A DNA stretch of 43,645 nt from a virus (IMGVR_UViG_3300017971_000113:1-43645); one strand, 5' to 3'; shown: positions 7,862 through 17,546, counted from the stretch's first letter. Made by a program: numbers and translations. Notes: generated from the sequence alone by a model not told the origin.

Positions 7862-9612
7862 AAATGGGAAAAGGGCGAATAAAACAAAAACTATCCCCAG
7901 AGGGATTATATAGAATTATAATAGAATATGATTCTGATATAGATAATCGAATAATAAATTTAGAAAATAAAATTGAATTATGTGATAAAAAAATATCGGA
8001 GGGTGTTGAAAATTCAAACTTATATAAATTACAAAAAGAATCATATAAAAAAGAAATAGACCATTTAGAAAATGTAAAATCAAATTGGAATAACGAAGAT
8101 GAAAAACTCGCTTGGTGCATACATTATGAGCCTATACAAATAGGTAAAAAAGTAGGAACAATAGAAATAGATAGAGAAAACACGGGTGATAATTTGAATA
8201 TACAATCAAATTATAACAATCTTGCTGAATACAATGCCGAACGTGATGGGATAATGAAGCCTATAGCATTAATGCATCCTATAAATCAGTTGTATAATCT
8301 CGCCGTATCGCCAAGTTTACAAAAATATCACCCGATTTATCGCCATGCGGAAATATATAATATTGATTATGAAAATGACACATGTTCTGTAAAAATTGAA
8401 CCGTTATATGCAGGAAAAGGACGATCAGAATATCCGTTATGGATAAATTTACCAGATAATCTTTTTGGAGTGCCGATATATTACCCGCCATGTAATTCTC
8501 AGCCTTTTGTGCAAAATGATCACGTTGTTGTAATGTTTGAAGACAGCTCTGACTCAAAATGGTCTAAACCGAAAGTCATCGGGTTCAAAACTGATCCTAA
8601 ACCTTGTATTGATCACGAATTAGTTTTTGTTTATTTGGGGGAAGTCGGATTTATCTGGGATTTGGAGATTGATTCATATTGGGAAGAATTGCCCGGCATT
8701 AACGATTATGCTGAATGTGTTTCCGCATTGTCTGGAAAAATAGAAACAACCGTTGATCATGATAACGACTCAATCCCTATTGCTGAAAGAGGATTTCCGT
8801 ATGACCCCATGTTAGTTAGATTTTATAATACAATAGATTATTCTGTTTTCCGATCTGATTATGTGTCAAAACCAAAACCAATATTTGATGAAACACAGAG
8901 CTGCGGGGAAATATTAACGGCCGAGGAATTGTCCCGAATAGTAGTTGAAAATGAGGGAGTCAGAACAACAACTACGACATGGTCGCCATATAATTGTATA
9001 TTTGGGGAAATACAGCCCGGGTATACTCAAATAGATGTCGCGGTATTTAACGGGTATTATTATCAATGGCAAAGTTCAACCGGCGGAAAAACATCCATGA
9101 TCGGCATTGTACAAAATAATACGCTATTATATAATATGATTTGCCCTATTGATTTTAGAGAAGAATATTTTAGTACTTGTACGCTTGCGGAATATGGATG
9201 TGACGCTATTAAAATGGCCGATAATTCTATGAGATATTCAGAAAAAACACTTGTTCAGGCATTCATAAATTCGTGGTGTGATTTCAGCAGCGAGGTCATA
9301 GGCGGAACAACTTATGGGAATAGAAATGTTGTATGCCACGGGGGCGTAAATTATTGGCCGTGGGAAGTCGATGATGAGGAAGAAAAAAACCCATTTGAAC
9401 AAGAAAGAAATGATAATTTTTCTGACGCTTTAGTCGATCTTGTCAACGCGATGTACGAAATAAGAGGCGCTGGCCCTACTGCTGCGCCAATACCTGAATA
9501 TACAGTAACGCAAGGGAACAGCGAAGGTTATTGTTTGGATGGTTATTACAGTTATCCGTATTGGTCTTATGTCAGTGATCCGTATTTTGAAATAAAAATA
9601 TATAGGAAATGA
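7858..9612 (+). CDS. Tail tip or spike-associated protein candidate
   Basis: 584 aa with an N-terminal coiled coil. The segment NDHVVVMFEDSSDSKWSKPKVIGF resembles the end of gpV/gp5-type OB-fold spike domains. Call is by position plus a weak motif. Confidence 0.35.
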   Translation: MKMGKGRIKQKLSPEGLYRIIIEYDSDIDNRIINLENKIELCDKKISEGVENSNLYKLQKESYKKEIDHLENVKSNWNNEDEKLAWCIHYEPIQIGKKVGTIEIDRENTGDNLNIQSNYNNLAEYNAERDGIMKPIALMHPINQLYNLAVSPSLQKYHPIYRHAEIYNIDYENDTCSVKIEPLYAGKGRSEYPLWINLPDNLFGVPIYYPPCNSQPFVQNDHVVVMFEDSSDSKWSKPKVIGFKTDPKPCIDHELVFVYLGEVGFIWDLEIDSYWEELPGINDYAECVSALSGKIETTVDHDNDSIPIAERGFPYDPMLVRFYNTIDYSVFRSDYVSKPKPIFDETQSCGEILTAEELSRIVVENEGVRTTTTTWSPYNCIFGEIQPGYTQIDVAVFNGYYYQWQSSTGGKTSMIGIVQNNTLLYNMICPIDFREEYFSTCTLAEYGCDAIKMADNSMRYSEKTLVQAFINSWCDFSSEVIGGTTYGNRNVVCHGGVNYWPWEVDDEEEKNPFEQERNDNFSDALVDLVNAMYEIRGAGPTAAPIPEYTVTQGNSEGYCLDGYYSYPYWSYVSDPYFEIKIYRK

Positions 9613-9622
9613 GGGGATACAT

Positions 9623-11329
9623 ATGAGAAAGATATTTATAATTTTAACATTAAGTCTATTTTGTTTCGGCGTTGTGTCGACCGTGTCAGCACAAATCACT
9701 TTTACTTTAAACCCCTTCACAGGAAAACAAGATGCTATTGGAGTGCCCGGAACATACTCGTTAGATTATGATAAAGTGGGGAGTCTAACGCCGGGATCTG
9801 TTGTTTTCGGAGGTGCGACAGGCGCGCTACATGAAGATAACTCTAATTTCTTTTTTGATGACACAAATGATCTTTTAAAAATACAAAGCGCGACTGGAGA
9901 GCAATTAAAATTATTGTATGATGGATCAAATTACGCCGATTTTGAAACAAGCTCTGCCGGAAATTTGTCTTTAAATGTGACTGGCTCAATATTATCGTCA
10001 AACGCCATTACATATTTATTTGGCCAAGGGGCGACTAATCCTTATATAAATCTTTATTTTGCAAATAGAGCTGATGCAATAACGATGATATATTCCGGCG
10101 ATTCGAATGTAAATAACAGTAGATTTTATTTAGTCGGAAGAACAAGAACTGCGACAAATCCATTTTTTATAGACGGGGGGCAAATGGGTAATGATTCCCA
10201 GGTACATGAATCATACATTGAAGCAAGAGACTCATTCGCAACGGCGAGCACAAATATTATAGGCGGCGATTTAAGAATAAAAGCGGGTGATGGGGCAAGC
10301 AGCTCTGTTGGTGATGCTGATGGGGGCGATATATATCTTATTGCGGGGATTGGGTACGGAACAGGCTCCGACGGAAAAGTAATAATAAATAATAGGTTAG
10401 GGGTAGGAATTGATCCGGCAGAAAAATTAGACGTTAGAGGAAATTTATTAGTAAGTGGCGCAAATTATATATATTTAGATGGAGGCATAAGCCCTGTATA
10501 TAGAACAATTTTCAGAACAACCACGTCAGGATATTTCGATGTAAGACCAGGTTTTGAAGCTTTTCAAATAGGTTTCGACACAGGAAATGATAACTATCTT
10601 AGAATATATAACGCCAGTAATGTTCAAACAATAAGACTTGATACTAACGGCAATAGTTATTTATTGGGGGGCAACTTAGGAATAAGCACGAACTCTCCTC
10701 GCCGCAATATAGACATATTAGACACCATCAACCCGCAGCTTAGGCTAACACATACGGACGAAATCATATATGGCGAAATCCACGTAGATTCTAGCGGAGA
10801 TTTGCATCTCACGAACACTGGGAATCAAATTGATATCGGGGGCGTATTAGTTATCACATCAACGGGCGATATTGTTTTTGGATCTGCTGATTCCGATAAG
10901 ACTTATTGGGGCGCGGGCTCCGATATGTCAATCTATTATGATGGCACGGATGCGAATATAAAAACGAACGAAGTGGCGGCAAGTGATTTAAAAATAACTA
11001 CTGGAGGAATAACGCATATTGACGGCGGGAATATCCGAAATATGACGACTGTCAACGCCGCTACTTATGATCTTGTGGAGACGGATTATATCTTACATGT
11101 GACTTATACATCGACGGGCGCAGTTACAAGTTTAACTTTGCCGACCGCGCAAACAGTTTCTGGGAGAATAATCATTATTAAAGATGCCGGATTAAACGCT
11201 TCAACATATTCTATTACGATTGATACGGAGGGCTCACAAAAAATAGATGGCGTTGACACTTATGTGATGAATACAGACGGCGAATCAATAAGTTTATATA
11301 GTAACGGGACGGACTGGTTTATATTTTAA
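9623..11329 (+). CDS. Tail fibre or receptor-binding protein
   Basis: Gly-rich fibre repeats (GGDLRIKAGDGASSSVGDADGGDIYLIAG; LGVGIDPAEKLDVRGN; LGISTNSPRRNIDILD) typical of phage fibre shafts. The N-terminus looks like a Sec signal peptide. Confidence 0.65.
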   Translation: MRKIFIILTLSLFCFGVVSTVSAQITFTLNPFTGKQDAIGVPGTYSLDYDKVGSLTPGSVVFGGATGALHEDNSNFFFDDTNDLLKIQSATGEQLKLLYDGSNYADFETSSAGNLSLNVTGSILSSNAITYLFGQGATNPYINLYFANRADAITMIYSGDSNVNNSRFYLVGRTRTATNPFFIDGGQMGNDSQVHESYIEARDSFATASTNIIGGDLRIKAGDGASSSVGDADGGDIYLIAGIGYGTGSDGKVIINNRLGVGIDPAEKLDVRGNLLVSGANYIYLDGGISPVYRTIFRTTTSGYFDVRPGFEAFQIGFDTGNDNYLRIYNASNVQTIRLDTNGNSYLLGGNLGISTNSPRRNIDILDTINPQLRLTHTDEIIYGEIHVDSSGDLHLTNTGNQIDIGGVLVITSTGDIVFGSADSDKTYWGAGSDMSIYYDGTDANIKTNEVAASDLKITTGGITHIDGGNIRNMTTVNAATYDLVETDYILHVTYTSTGAVTSLTLPTAQTVSGRIIIIKDAGLNASTYSITIDTEGSQKIDGVDTYVMNTDGESISLYSNGTDWFIF

Positions 11330-11338
11330 GGAGAAAAA

Positions 11339-11797
11339 ATGGCACATTTAGGAAAATTTACAATAGGAAGTGTGTTATTCGCAGATTCAAGCGGATATCC
11401 TGGGGAAAGTGCGGATTTAACTTATTTGTCCGATATTTTAAACGTAGAAAAATTAAAAGCAAATCAAGAAATTATCGATAATTATATAAGCCCGTCTTAT
11501 TTTGCAGCGCATCAAAATGATTGGAACCCGACAGGCCTAAGTTCCGCAAGAATTATAAGGATGGGAACAACAGGAGGAAATTATGAATTAAGAGGAATAG
11601 TCGCTCAAAGTTCAAAAATTATAACACTAATAAATGTTTCAGGCGGAGATATAAAAATTGTAAATGAATCAATTACATCAACAGCGCCCAACAGATTTAT
11701 ATTACAGGGAGATATATCAGTAAAAGTTAATCAATGTTGCACGATTTGGTATGATCCTGTTGCCACAAGATGGAGAGCTTTAAGTTTTAGTATTTAA
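11339..11797 (+). CDS. Tail fibre-associated protein (unknown)
   Basis: 152-aa ORF with an RBS, directly after the fibre gene. Confidence 0.35.
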   Translation: MAHLGKFTIGSVLFADSSGYPGESADLTYLSDILNVEKLKANQEIIDNYISPSYFAAHQNDWNPTGLSSARIIRMGTTGGNYELRGIVAQSSKIITLINVSGGDIKIVNESITSTAPNRFILQGDISVKVNQCCTIWYDPVATRWRALSFSI

Positions 11798-11822
11798 TAA
11801 TATTCAAAGAAAGGAGATAAAA

Positions 11823-12107
11823 ATGGCACTAATCAATGATCAAAAATCGCAATTTCTAACAGATATGAGGGCTCTTGCAGAACTTCTTGATCTTGTGAGA
11901 AAAAAAGCAAAAGAGCTTGATCAAAAATGGAATAGCCTTGCATTTGGATCAGGAGGGGCGAACGAATTTGTAGATGGCGATATGACAGGGACAACTTATG
12001 ACGGACTCGGCGTGACTGCGTTGACTGCGTGCGTTACGTCCGTTCAGGGATTCGAGACATGGTATAATGCTGGCCATGACGACAATATGCAAAAAATTAT
12101 GAATTAA
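11823..12107 (+). CDS. Hypothetical protein, paralogue of 12710..13087
   Basis: AAAGGAG RBS. Shares RALA...SGGA(N/D)E(F/I)V.GD..GT..(D/E)G with the 125-aa protein. Confidence 0.5.
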   Translation: MALINDQKSQFLTDMRALAELLDLVRKKAKELDQKWNSLAFGSGGANEFVDGDMTGTTYDGLGVTALTACVTSVQGFETWYNAGHDDNMQKIMN

Positions 12108-12115
12108 AAAATGAG

Positions 12116-12694
12116 TTGAAAATGTCATACGCGTTTAAAATCGGAATAGATAATAACAATCACATGTATGAAGATTTACAAGTATCGATATCAAATATAA
12201 GAATACCTGTTTCGAACGCTCCGACAGAACGACTTTATGATTGTGGGATACCTGGCGGCGTAACTTTCCCGTTTCTTGGATTTGATGTCAATAATTATAT
12301 ATATTTTGATTTACAAACATCTCATGGGATGAAATTAAATACGATATTAGACTCTCATATTCATTACACTTTGCCGAACACAACAGATATAGGGGACAGA
12401 TTTCAATTTAAAATCGATGTGATTGTAGCGGGAATTAATTCTCAATGGAACGTGCCGTCAGGATCGCCGTTTACGGCTGAATTTCAAGTTGCGGCAAATG
12501 ATAATACATATCATAGATTAGCGGATATAGCTGATATTACAGCGAGTAATACAACAATATCTACAATTTATAAATGTAAATTCACAAGAATAGCAGCAAC
12601 GATTGATGAATACGCAAGTGAGATTTATATATCATTTATAGATTCTCATTATCCAAAAAATTCAATAGGAAGTAGAACAGAATCATCAAAATAG
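12116..12694 (+). CDS. Hypothetical structural protein
   Basis: 192-aa ORF (ATG at 12122) flanked by the two paralogues. No recognisable motif. Confidence 0.4.
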   Translation: MKMSYAFKIGIDNNNHMYEDLQVSISNIRIPVSNAPTERLYDCGIPGGVTFPFLGFDVNNYIYFDLQTSHGMKLNTILDSHIHYTLPNTTDIGDRFQFKIDVIVAGINSQWNVPSGSPFTAEFQVAANDNTYHRLADIADITASNTTISTIYKCKFTRIAATIDEYASEIYISFIDSHYPKNSIGSRTESSK

Positions 12695-12709
12695 AAAGGA
12701 TCAAACAAA

Positions 12710-13087
12710 ATGAAAAAAACAGACAAAAAAATCATCTTTATTATGCTCATCAGTGCAATTATGTTTATCGCATCTTTGGCAATCGCCGATTATCCGACAA
12801 ATCAGAAAATTGATTTTATTACCTCGGTTAGAGCCCTCGCTACAAATTTGCAAGCTCAAAAAGCGAATTCTGATTATCTTTATGAAGTTTATTTTGACAG
12901 AGGATATAACAGCGGCGGCGCGGATGAAATAGTAGCTGGTGATCTTGTTGGCACAGAATTTGAGGGAATGCCGATATCTGTTTTAACAGACGTGATTACG
13001 GCGATCAATCAATATAAAAATTATTTTGATAATAGCGCTGTGACAACAGGGGATTACGGATCGAGTTATCGCAAAATAACGAAATAA
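12710..13087 (+). CDS. Hypothetical protein with an N-terminal signal or TM segment, paralogue of 11823..12107
   Basis: N-terminus MKKTDKKIIFIMLISAIMFIASLAIA, then a region alignable with the 94-aa protein. Confidence 0.5.
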   Translation: MKKTDKKIIFIMLISAIMFIASLAIADYPTNQKIDFITSVRALATNLQAQKANSDYLYEVYFDRGYNSGGADEIVAGDLVGTEFEGMPISVLTDVITAINQYKNYFDNSAVTTGDYGSSYRKITK

Positions 13088-13103
13088 TCTTTATGCGTGA
13101 TTT

Positions 13104-13152
13104 AGGATCGTCACTAATTCTGACGATCCTGTTTCACGTGAAACAATTTTTT
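13104..13152. terminator. Terminator between the convergent tail and replication modules
   Basis: Perfect 10-bp stem AGGATCGTCA/TGACGATCCT (13104-13113/13121-13130). It is followed by the palindrome GTTTCACGTGAAAC (13131-13144) and a T-run. Confidence 0.65.
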
Positions 13153-13171
13153 ATTATTTCTTTGTCAAGAT

Positions 13172-13339
13172 TTAATCATTTGTGATTTTATAAATACATT
13201 TCCCGTTGATCGGCATTTCTCCATAAAGGCAATGGACTAATTTAAATTTATCGCATCCCGAAAGCACTGTTTTTTCAATCTTGCTATAATAATTGCAATC
13301 CAAGCATATGTAATTTTTTAAATTTTTTTTGGTCGCCAT
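13172..13339 (-). CDS. Small Cys-rich ORF (55 aa) downstream of the polymerase gene
   Basis: Hand translation gives MATKKNLKNYICLDCNYYSKIEKTVLSGCDKFKLVHCLYGEMPINGKCIYKITND. Below the track length cutoff, and no clear RBS. Confidence 0.3.
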   Translation of the reverse strand: MATKKNLKNYICLDCNYYSKIEKTVLSGCDKFKLVHCLYGEMPINGKCIYKITND

Positions 13340-13344
13340 GATAT

Positions 13345-15111
13345 TTAAAATTTAATTTGTTTTAATTTTGAAAAAGAATTTATTATTAATTTTGTTTCTT
13401 TAATATAATAATCATAATCTAAATCATTTGGAAAATGTAAATCAAATAATGGGGCAGCGTTTACGGATTTCGGCACTCTGTTTCCATTTTTATATTCAAA
13501 ATTTCTGCCTTTTCCATCATAATACCATCTGCAAATTTTTCCAATCGATTCCCCATTAAAATACGCTCCTCCATTTACAGTCCTAATTGTTACAAATTTT
13601 GTTATATCCTTGCAATTTCTAATTTTTTCTTCAATCGGGGATTTATTTTTAAGATATTCTATTGCCGCTTCTACACAAATTTCATTAGTCGGATTTTTCA
13701 TAAAACCAGGTTTGGAATACAAGCCTTTTAGTTTTGTTTTACCGTCATCCGTGAATGCAATATAATTATTTACGTCTTTTTGATAAAATGCTCTGTAAAT
13801 CGTTTCCTCTGTATTAAATCCGGTATCTTTCTCCCATTGTTGGATGATTAAATTTATTTCTTCGTATCTATCCCTGGATTCATAAATCAAAATGCCATCA
13901 GTGTTGGCGCTTATTACATTTATTCCATTAAATCCCAAACGCTCGATCAACATCAGGAGCGCGAATTGTCCCGTTACTGTGACGTTTATAAATAGCTCTG
14001 GAGCATAAATATTTGAATAGATCGAATTTAATTTTCCAAAACATCCATTTATTGTAATTTTCAAACTATCGGCTGTTGATTTATCGCCTATTCTTTTTGC
14101 GTCAAGCCTTTTTTCAACAAGTCCCCTATATACATCAATAAATTTTTTCCCTAATTGAGGCGGGTATAAATCTCTGTTCAAAATGATCGATGGATAATAG
14201 CTCGCAACATCTCTATCGATCAATATTTTATTTTTATCTGATTTTATAGATCTGCTTTTTTCGATGCTGTGGAGTCCACCAATACCGGTAGAATAATGAT
14301 TTCCAAAAACTTGAACCGTATCGTTATTTTTTTCTTTAAAGAAACCAGGCAATCTAATTTTTCCATTATCGATTTCAAAATCAAATTCTTCAAATTGACA
14401 ACATAATATTTCTAAATCAAAATGTTTAAATTTCATCCATTCGGGCCGAATAAATTTTACTTTTTCAGGATGGTCAATCTTTTTTGATTTTATGCCGATT
14501 TCACTCAAAACAACGTTTTCAGCAATTTGAGCATCGGATTTAGATCGCAAATCAACGCCATATTGTTCAGATAAAGAAACTCTCAAATCAATTGCTTTTT
14601 TAAGTTTATTGAATAATTCATAAGTTATTTTACAATCATTTAAGCAATACTCCTTTAGTACGGAATATTGATTTTTTTCTATTACCGATTCAGGATCTAT
14701 TGGAAGTTCTTGTAATTTTGGATAATGCATTCGAGCAGCATATAATTTAAGTCCTGCGTGCCCGGGAGCCACTTCTTTTAAATCTATATGATTTAGTTCT
14801 AATTGAGGACAATCTTTTAAAATTTGCCAGTGCTTTTTCCCCTTTTTTATTATTTCATCCGATATCTTTTTTAAGTCTTCCAAAGAATTTCCGTGTATGA
14901 AAGCCTGAATGATCGGAATATCGTAATTTAAGCCGTTAAATGAAACAAAAAGCGTTTTTCGCATTTGTTCGTTTTTGAAAAATGCTTTAAGCTCATTCGG
15001 ATTATTTTTATCCTGTACGTATTCGAATATTCTTGTGTTTCTTCCATCATCGGGATCATAAAAAACCGCGAGAAAATAATTTATATAACATTCAATATCG
15101 AATACGTACAT
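13345..15111 (-). CDS. DNA polymerase, family B, with 3'-5' exonuclease domain
   Basis: Exonuclease motifs FDIE, FNGLNYD and YCLNDCKITYE. Polymerase motifs DVASYYPSII (DxxSLYPS), KITINGCFGK (KxxxNSxYG-like) and ANTDGI (DTDS-like). Confidence 0.85.
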   Translation of the reverse strand: MYVFDIECYINYFLAVFYDPDDGRNTRIFEYVQDKNNPNELKAFFKNEQMRKTLFVSFNGLNYDIPIIQAFIHGNSLEDLKKISDEIIKKGKKHWQILKDCPQLELNHIDLKEVAPGHAGLKLYAARMHYPKLQELPIDPESVIEKNQYSVLKEYCLNDCKITYELFNKLKKAIDLRVSLSEQYGVDLRSKSDAQIAENVVLSEIGIKSKKIDHPEKVKFIRPEWMKFKHFDLEILCCQFEEFDFEIDNGKIRLPGFFKEKNNDTVQVFGNHYSTGIGGLHSIEKSRSIKSDKNKILIDRDVASYYPSIILNRDLYPPQLGKKFIDVYRGLVEKRLDAKRIGDKSTADSLKITINGCFGKLNSIYSNIYAPELFINVTVTGQFALLMLIERLGFNGINVISANTDGILIYESRDRYEEINLIIQQWEKDTGFNTEETIYRAFYQKDVNNYIAFTDDGKTKLKGLYSKPGFMKNPTNEICVEAAIEYLKNKSPIEEKIRNCKDITKFVTIRTVNGGAYFNGESIGKICRWYYDGKGRNFEYKNGNRVPKSVNAAPLFDLHFPNDLDYDYYIKETKLIINSFSKLKQIKF

Positions 15112-15127
15112 TTTTTAATCCTTTTTA

Positions 15128-15748
15128 TTAAAATGGAATTTCTCTATCGTTTGATGGGTCATTGTTTGTATCAATATCATCAAAAACATCCTCTGGATTT
15201 GTTCGTTTAATATTTCCTCCAAAAGCATCGCCATCAGATAATTTCTGAAAATGAATAATATCAAACACAACGCCAGGTTTAAATCCGCTATTTCCACCGC
15301 CATAAGCGCGAGCGCGCACTTGCGCCCTTCCGATACACCCACCATAAATTTCTTCCGGATCAATAATAGGATTTCTTTCAGCATCGACAATGCCAACTGG
15401 ATTAATAGAGCTAAATTTCATATAAACTTTCCCTGGATATCCCTCATACGCAACACCATCAATATTTATTTTTTCATCTCCATTTTTAAGTACAAAATTA
15501 AAAAAAGTATCTTTGAATTTTCCATTATCATTACTGAATCTTGACGGGATGTTATCCCCGAATCTTTCAATCCCTACTTCTTTAATAGCCGATATGAATT
15601 TTGAAAAATCAGTATTTCGATCAAAAATAGCATCGAGACTGTATTTTGGTTTTTGATCTTGGAAAGATCTTTTTTCAAAAAGCGCCGGGAATGAAACTAC
15701 AAAAGGCTGGGTAATAAACGGCTTTGTTCCATAAGTGTTTGATTTCAT
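15128..15748 (-). CDS. DUF2815-family phage ssDNA-binding-like protein
   Basis: FVVSFPALFE...KYSLDAIF at the N-terminus and IYGGCIGRAQVRARAYG...HFQKLSDGDAFGG at the C-terminus fit the family pattern. Sits next to the DUF2800 nuclease. Confidence 0.7.
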   Translation of the reverse strand: MKSNTYGTKPFITQPFVVSFPALFEKRSFQDQKPKYSLDAIFDRNTDFSKFISAIKEVGIERFGDNIPSRFSNDNGKFKDTFFNFVLKNGDEKINIDGVAYEGYPGKVYMKFSSINPVGIVDAERNPIIDPEEIYGGCIGRAQVRARAYGGGNSGFKPGVVFDIIHFQKLSDGDAFGGNIKRTNPEDVFDDIDTNNDPSNDREIPF

Positions 15749-15776
15749 ATTTATTCTCCTTTTCTGTTTTTTCTGG

Positions 15777-16913
15777 TCACCTAAAAATTTTTTTCGCTTG
15801 TCTGATTAAACTGATTGCCGGACGTTTATCATTTTCAGGCGCGATAGTCGGCTTTCCATCGGGCGTGAATACAAAATCATTAAAATCTAAATCCGGTTTA
15901 GATTTGAAAAGCTTTTCCAGGTCAGCGATTCCTTTTGGTTTATAATCAAAAGCTTCATCGCCGAAAATTTTTTCAAGATCTGTTTCTTTTTCCGATTTTA
16001 ATTTCCTATTTGTTTTCGACATCACCAACTTATATCCAGGAATATTACCGCCTGATTCCATAAATTCCAAGCATTTTGAACGACAAGTTTTAGCCCATTT
16101 GGAATAGACTGATTCAAAAAGTAGAAATTTAGCCATATCATCTGGACCAAACGTCTCTGGATTCGGCATTGTTATTTGATCATCTTTGAATACTGCGATT
16201 GCTGAATTATAAGCAAGCTCTTTTATTGCAGGGCATATATGAGTGCAATTACAAAAATGATCGCGACAACCTACCCCTGGATTATATATCTCTGTTTCGC
16301 TCTCAACTTTTTCTATTATATCTTTAATTTTATTCGACCACTCGCTATGGAATAATGAAACATCTTCGATTTCCCATATTTTTAATTGATCTCCATATGT
16401 CGCTCTTGGCTGGAATATGATCAATTCAAGCCGTTTGCAGCATTCCAGAGGTGGATTTTCTCCGAGAATCATAATTGCATATGCCGCTAATTGCGGATTT
16501 TCAATCGGATCAACCATAACCCCTTTACCATATTTCAAATCGAAAATAGACCATGTACCCCCATAAATTTTAATCACATGATGGTCAGGAGTTCCGCTAA
16601 ATCCTTTATATATCCAATCGCCATCAACTTTTATTTCCGTATGCGCTTCGAACTGAGATTCATCCCTTGGAGTTCTTTCGTGGATGGCATCGAGATATAA
16701 CTGAACATTTTCAATAATTTCTTCTGGAGTCCGTTTTAATGCCATTTTATCCACTTCCCAAATTCGCGCTTTTAAACATTTCCCGGCGATATGATGCGCA
16801 CGAATCCCCTCAAGCATTCCCGGATTTGGTTGAGATTCCGGAATAAATTTTTCAAGTATCGCCATGCCTGGACAATGCATGTATCCCGCTAATTTTGAAG
16901 GCCGACATATCAT
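15777..16913 (-). CDS. DUF2800-family PD-(D/E)XK nuclease (Cas4-like, Fe-S Cys cluster)
   Basis: N-terminal RPSKLAGYMHCPG, core GTPDHHVI...FDLKYGKG, and C-terminal CRDHFCNCTHIC. Confidence 0.7.
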   Translation of the reverse strand: MICRPSKLAGYMHCPGMAILEKFIPESQPNPGMLEGIRAHHIAGKCLKARIWEVDKMALKRTPEEIIENVQLYLDAIHERTPRDESQFEAHTEIKVDGDWIYKGFSGTPDHHVIKIYGGTWSIFDLKYGKGVMVDPIENPQLAAYAIMILGENPPLECCKRLELIIFQPRATYGDQLKIWEIEDVSLFHSEWSNKIKDIIEKVESETEIYNPGVGCRDHFCNCTHICPAIKELAYNSAIAVFKDDQITMPNPETFGPDDMAKFLLFESVYSKWAKTCRSKCLEFMESGGNIPGYKLVMSKTNRKLKSEKETDLEKIFGDEAFDYKPKGIADLEKLFKSKPDLDFNDFVFTPDGKPTIAPENDKRPAISLIRQAKKIFR

Positions 16914-17236
16914 TTGTTTAATTCCTCTCTAACCGAGTTTATAAGCTCATATAGATCTGAATCTTCAACATCATCTAATTTATTTACGCCGTATTTTTGC
17001 AGGATTCTATCAGTTGCAGATTTGCCATTGGATTTAAAAAGTCGCATCATAATAGAGTGCGCTTTTTCTCGTGAGAATTCATTTGAAGAATCAATTGATT
17101 CCAAAGTTTTTTCTTGTTGCGTTGATTGCGTTGAGGAATCAATTGATTCCAAAGCTTTTTCGGATGGATTCTTGGAATAACCAAGAAACTCAATGAATTT
17201 CACTAATTCGTCTAAATTTTCAAAAATTAACTTCAT
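16910..17236 (-). CDS. Hypothetical acidic protein with an internal 16-aa repeat; first gene of the leftward operon
   Basis: RBS AGGAGAGAAC upstream. Repeat EKALESIDSS / EKTLESIDSS, encoded by an exact 19-bp DNA repeat. Confidence 0.6.
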   Translation of the reverse strand: MKLIFENLDELVKFIEFLGYSKNPSEKALESIDSSTQSTQQEKTLESIDSSNEFSREKAHSIMMRLFKSNGKSATDRILQKYGVNKLDDVEDSDLYELINSVREELNK

Positions 17237-17294
17237 GTTCTCTCCTTTCTGTATTCCCTTCTCTCCACGTTTTCCCCTTTCTGTATTCGATTAA

Positions 17295-17329
17295 CTTGAC
17301 AGTATCAGAATGATGTGCTAAATGTCAAG
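17295..17329. promoter_or_regulatory. Divergent early promoter or operator region
   Basis: Inverted repeat CTTGACA (17295-17301) / TGTCAAG (17323-17329) puts a TTGACA -35-like hexamer on each strand between divergent operons. The -10 elements are weak. Confidence 0.35.
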
Positions 17330-17375
17330 ATAAAAATCACATTTTTTAAAAAAATTGAAAGGAGTTTAATAAAAA

Positions 17376-17546
17376 ATGCTTAAATTAAAAGAGATTAAAG
17401 AAAGATTATCGGATATGAATATTCGAGCCATTTCAAAAAAATCAAACATCCCTCATTGGAAAATATATCAAGCCTTAAAATCAACGGATCCAAAATATTC
17501 AATTGTCGAAAAATTATCAGATTATCTTGAAACTATTGGAGATTGA
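17376..17546 (+). CDS. Small HTH DNA-binding protein (Cro/Xre-like), 56 aa
   Basis: Hand translation gives MLKLKEIKERLSDMNIRAISKKSNIPHWKIYQALKSTDPKYSIVEKLSDYLETIGD. GGAG lies 12 nt upstream. First gene of the rightward operon. Confidence 0.55.
   Translation: MLKLKEIKERLSDMNIRAISKKSNIPHWKIYQALKSTDPKYSIVEKLSDYLETIGD

Noticed and set aside
15115-15544. Alternative-frame ORFs 15115..15396 (-) and 15251..15544 (+)
   Set aside because: They lie entirely within the DUF2815-family gene, whose product has a recognisable family pattern. These are shadow frames.
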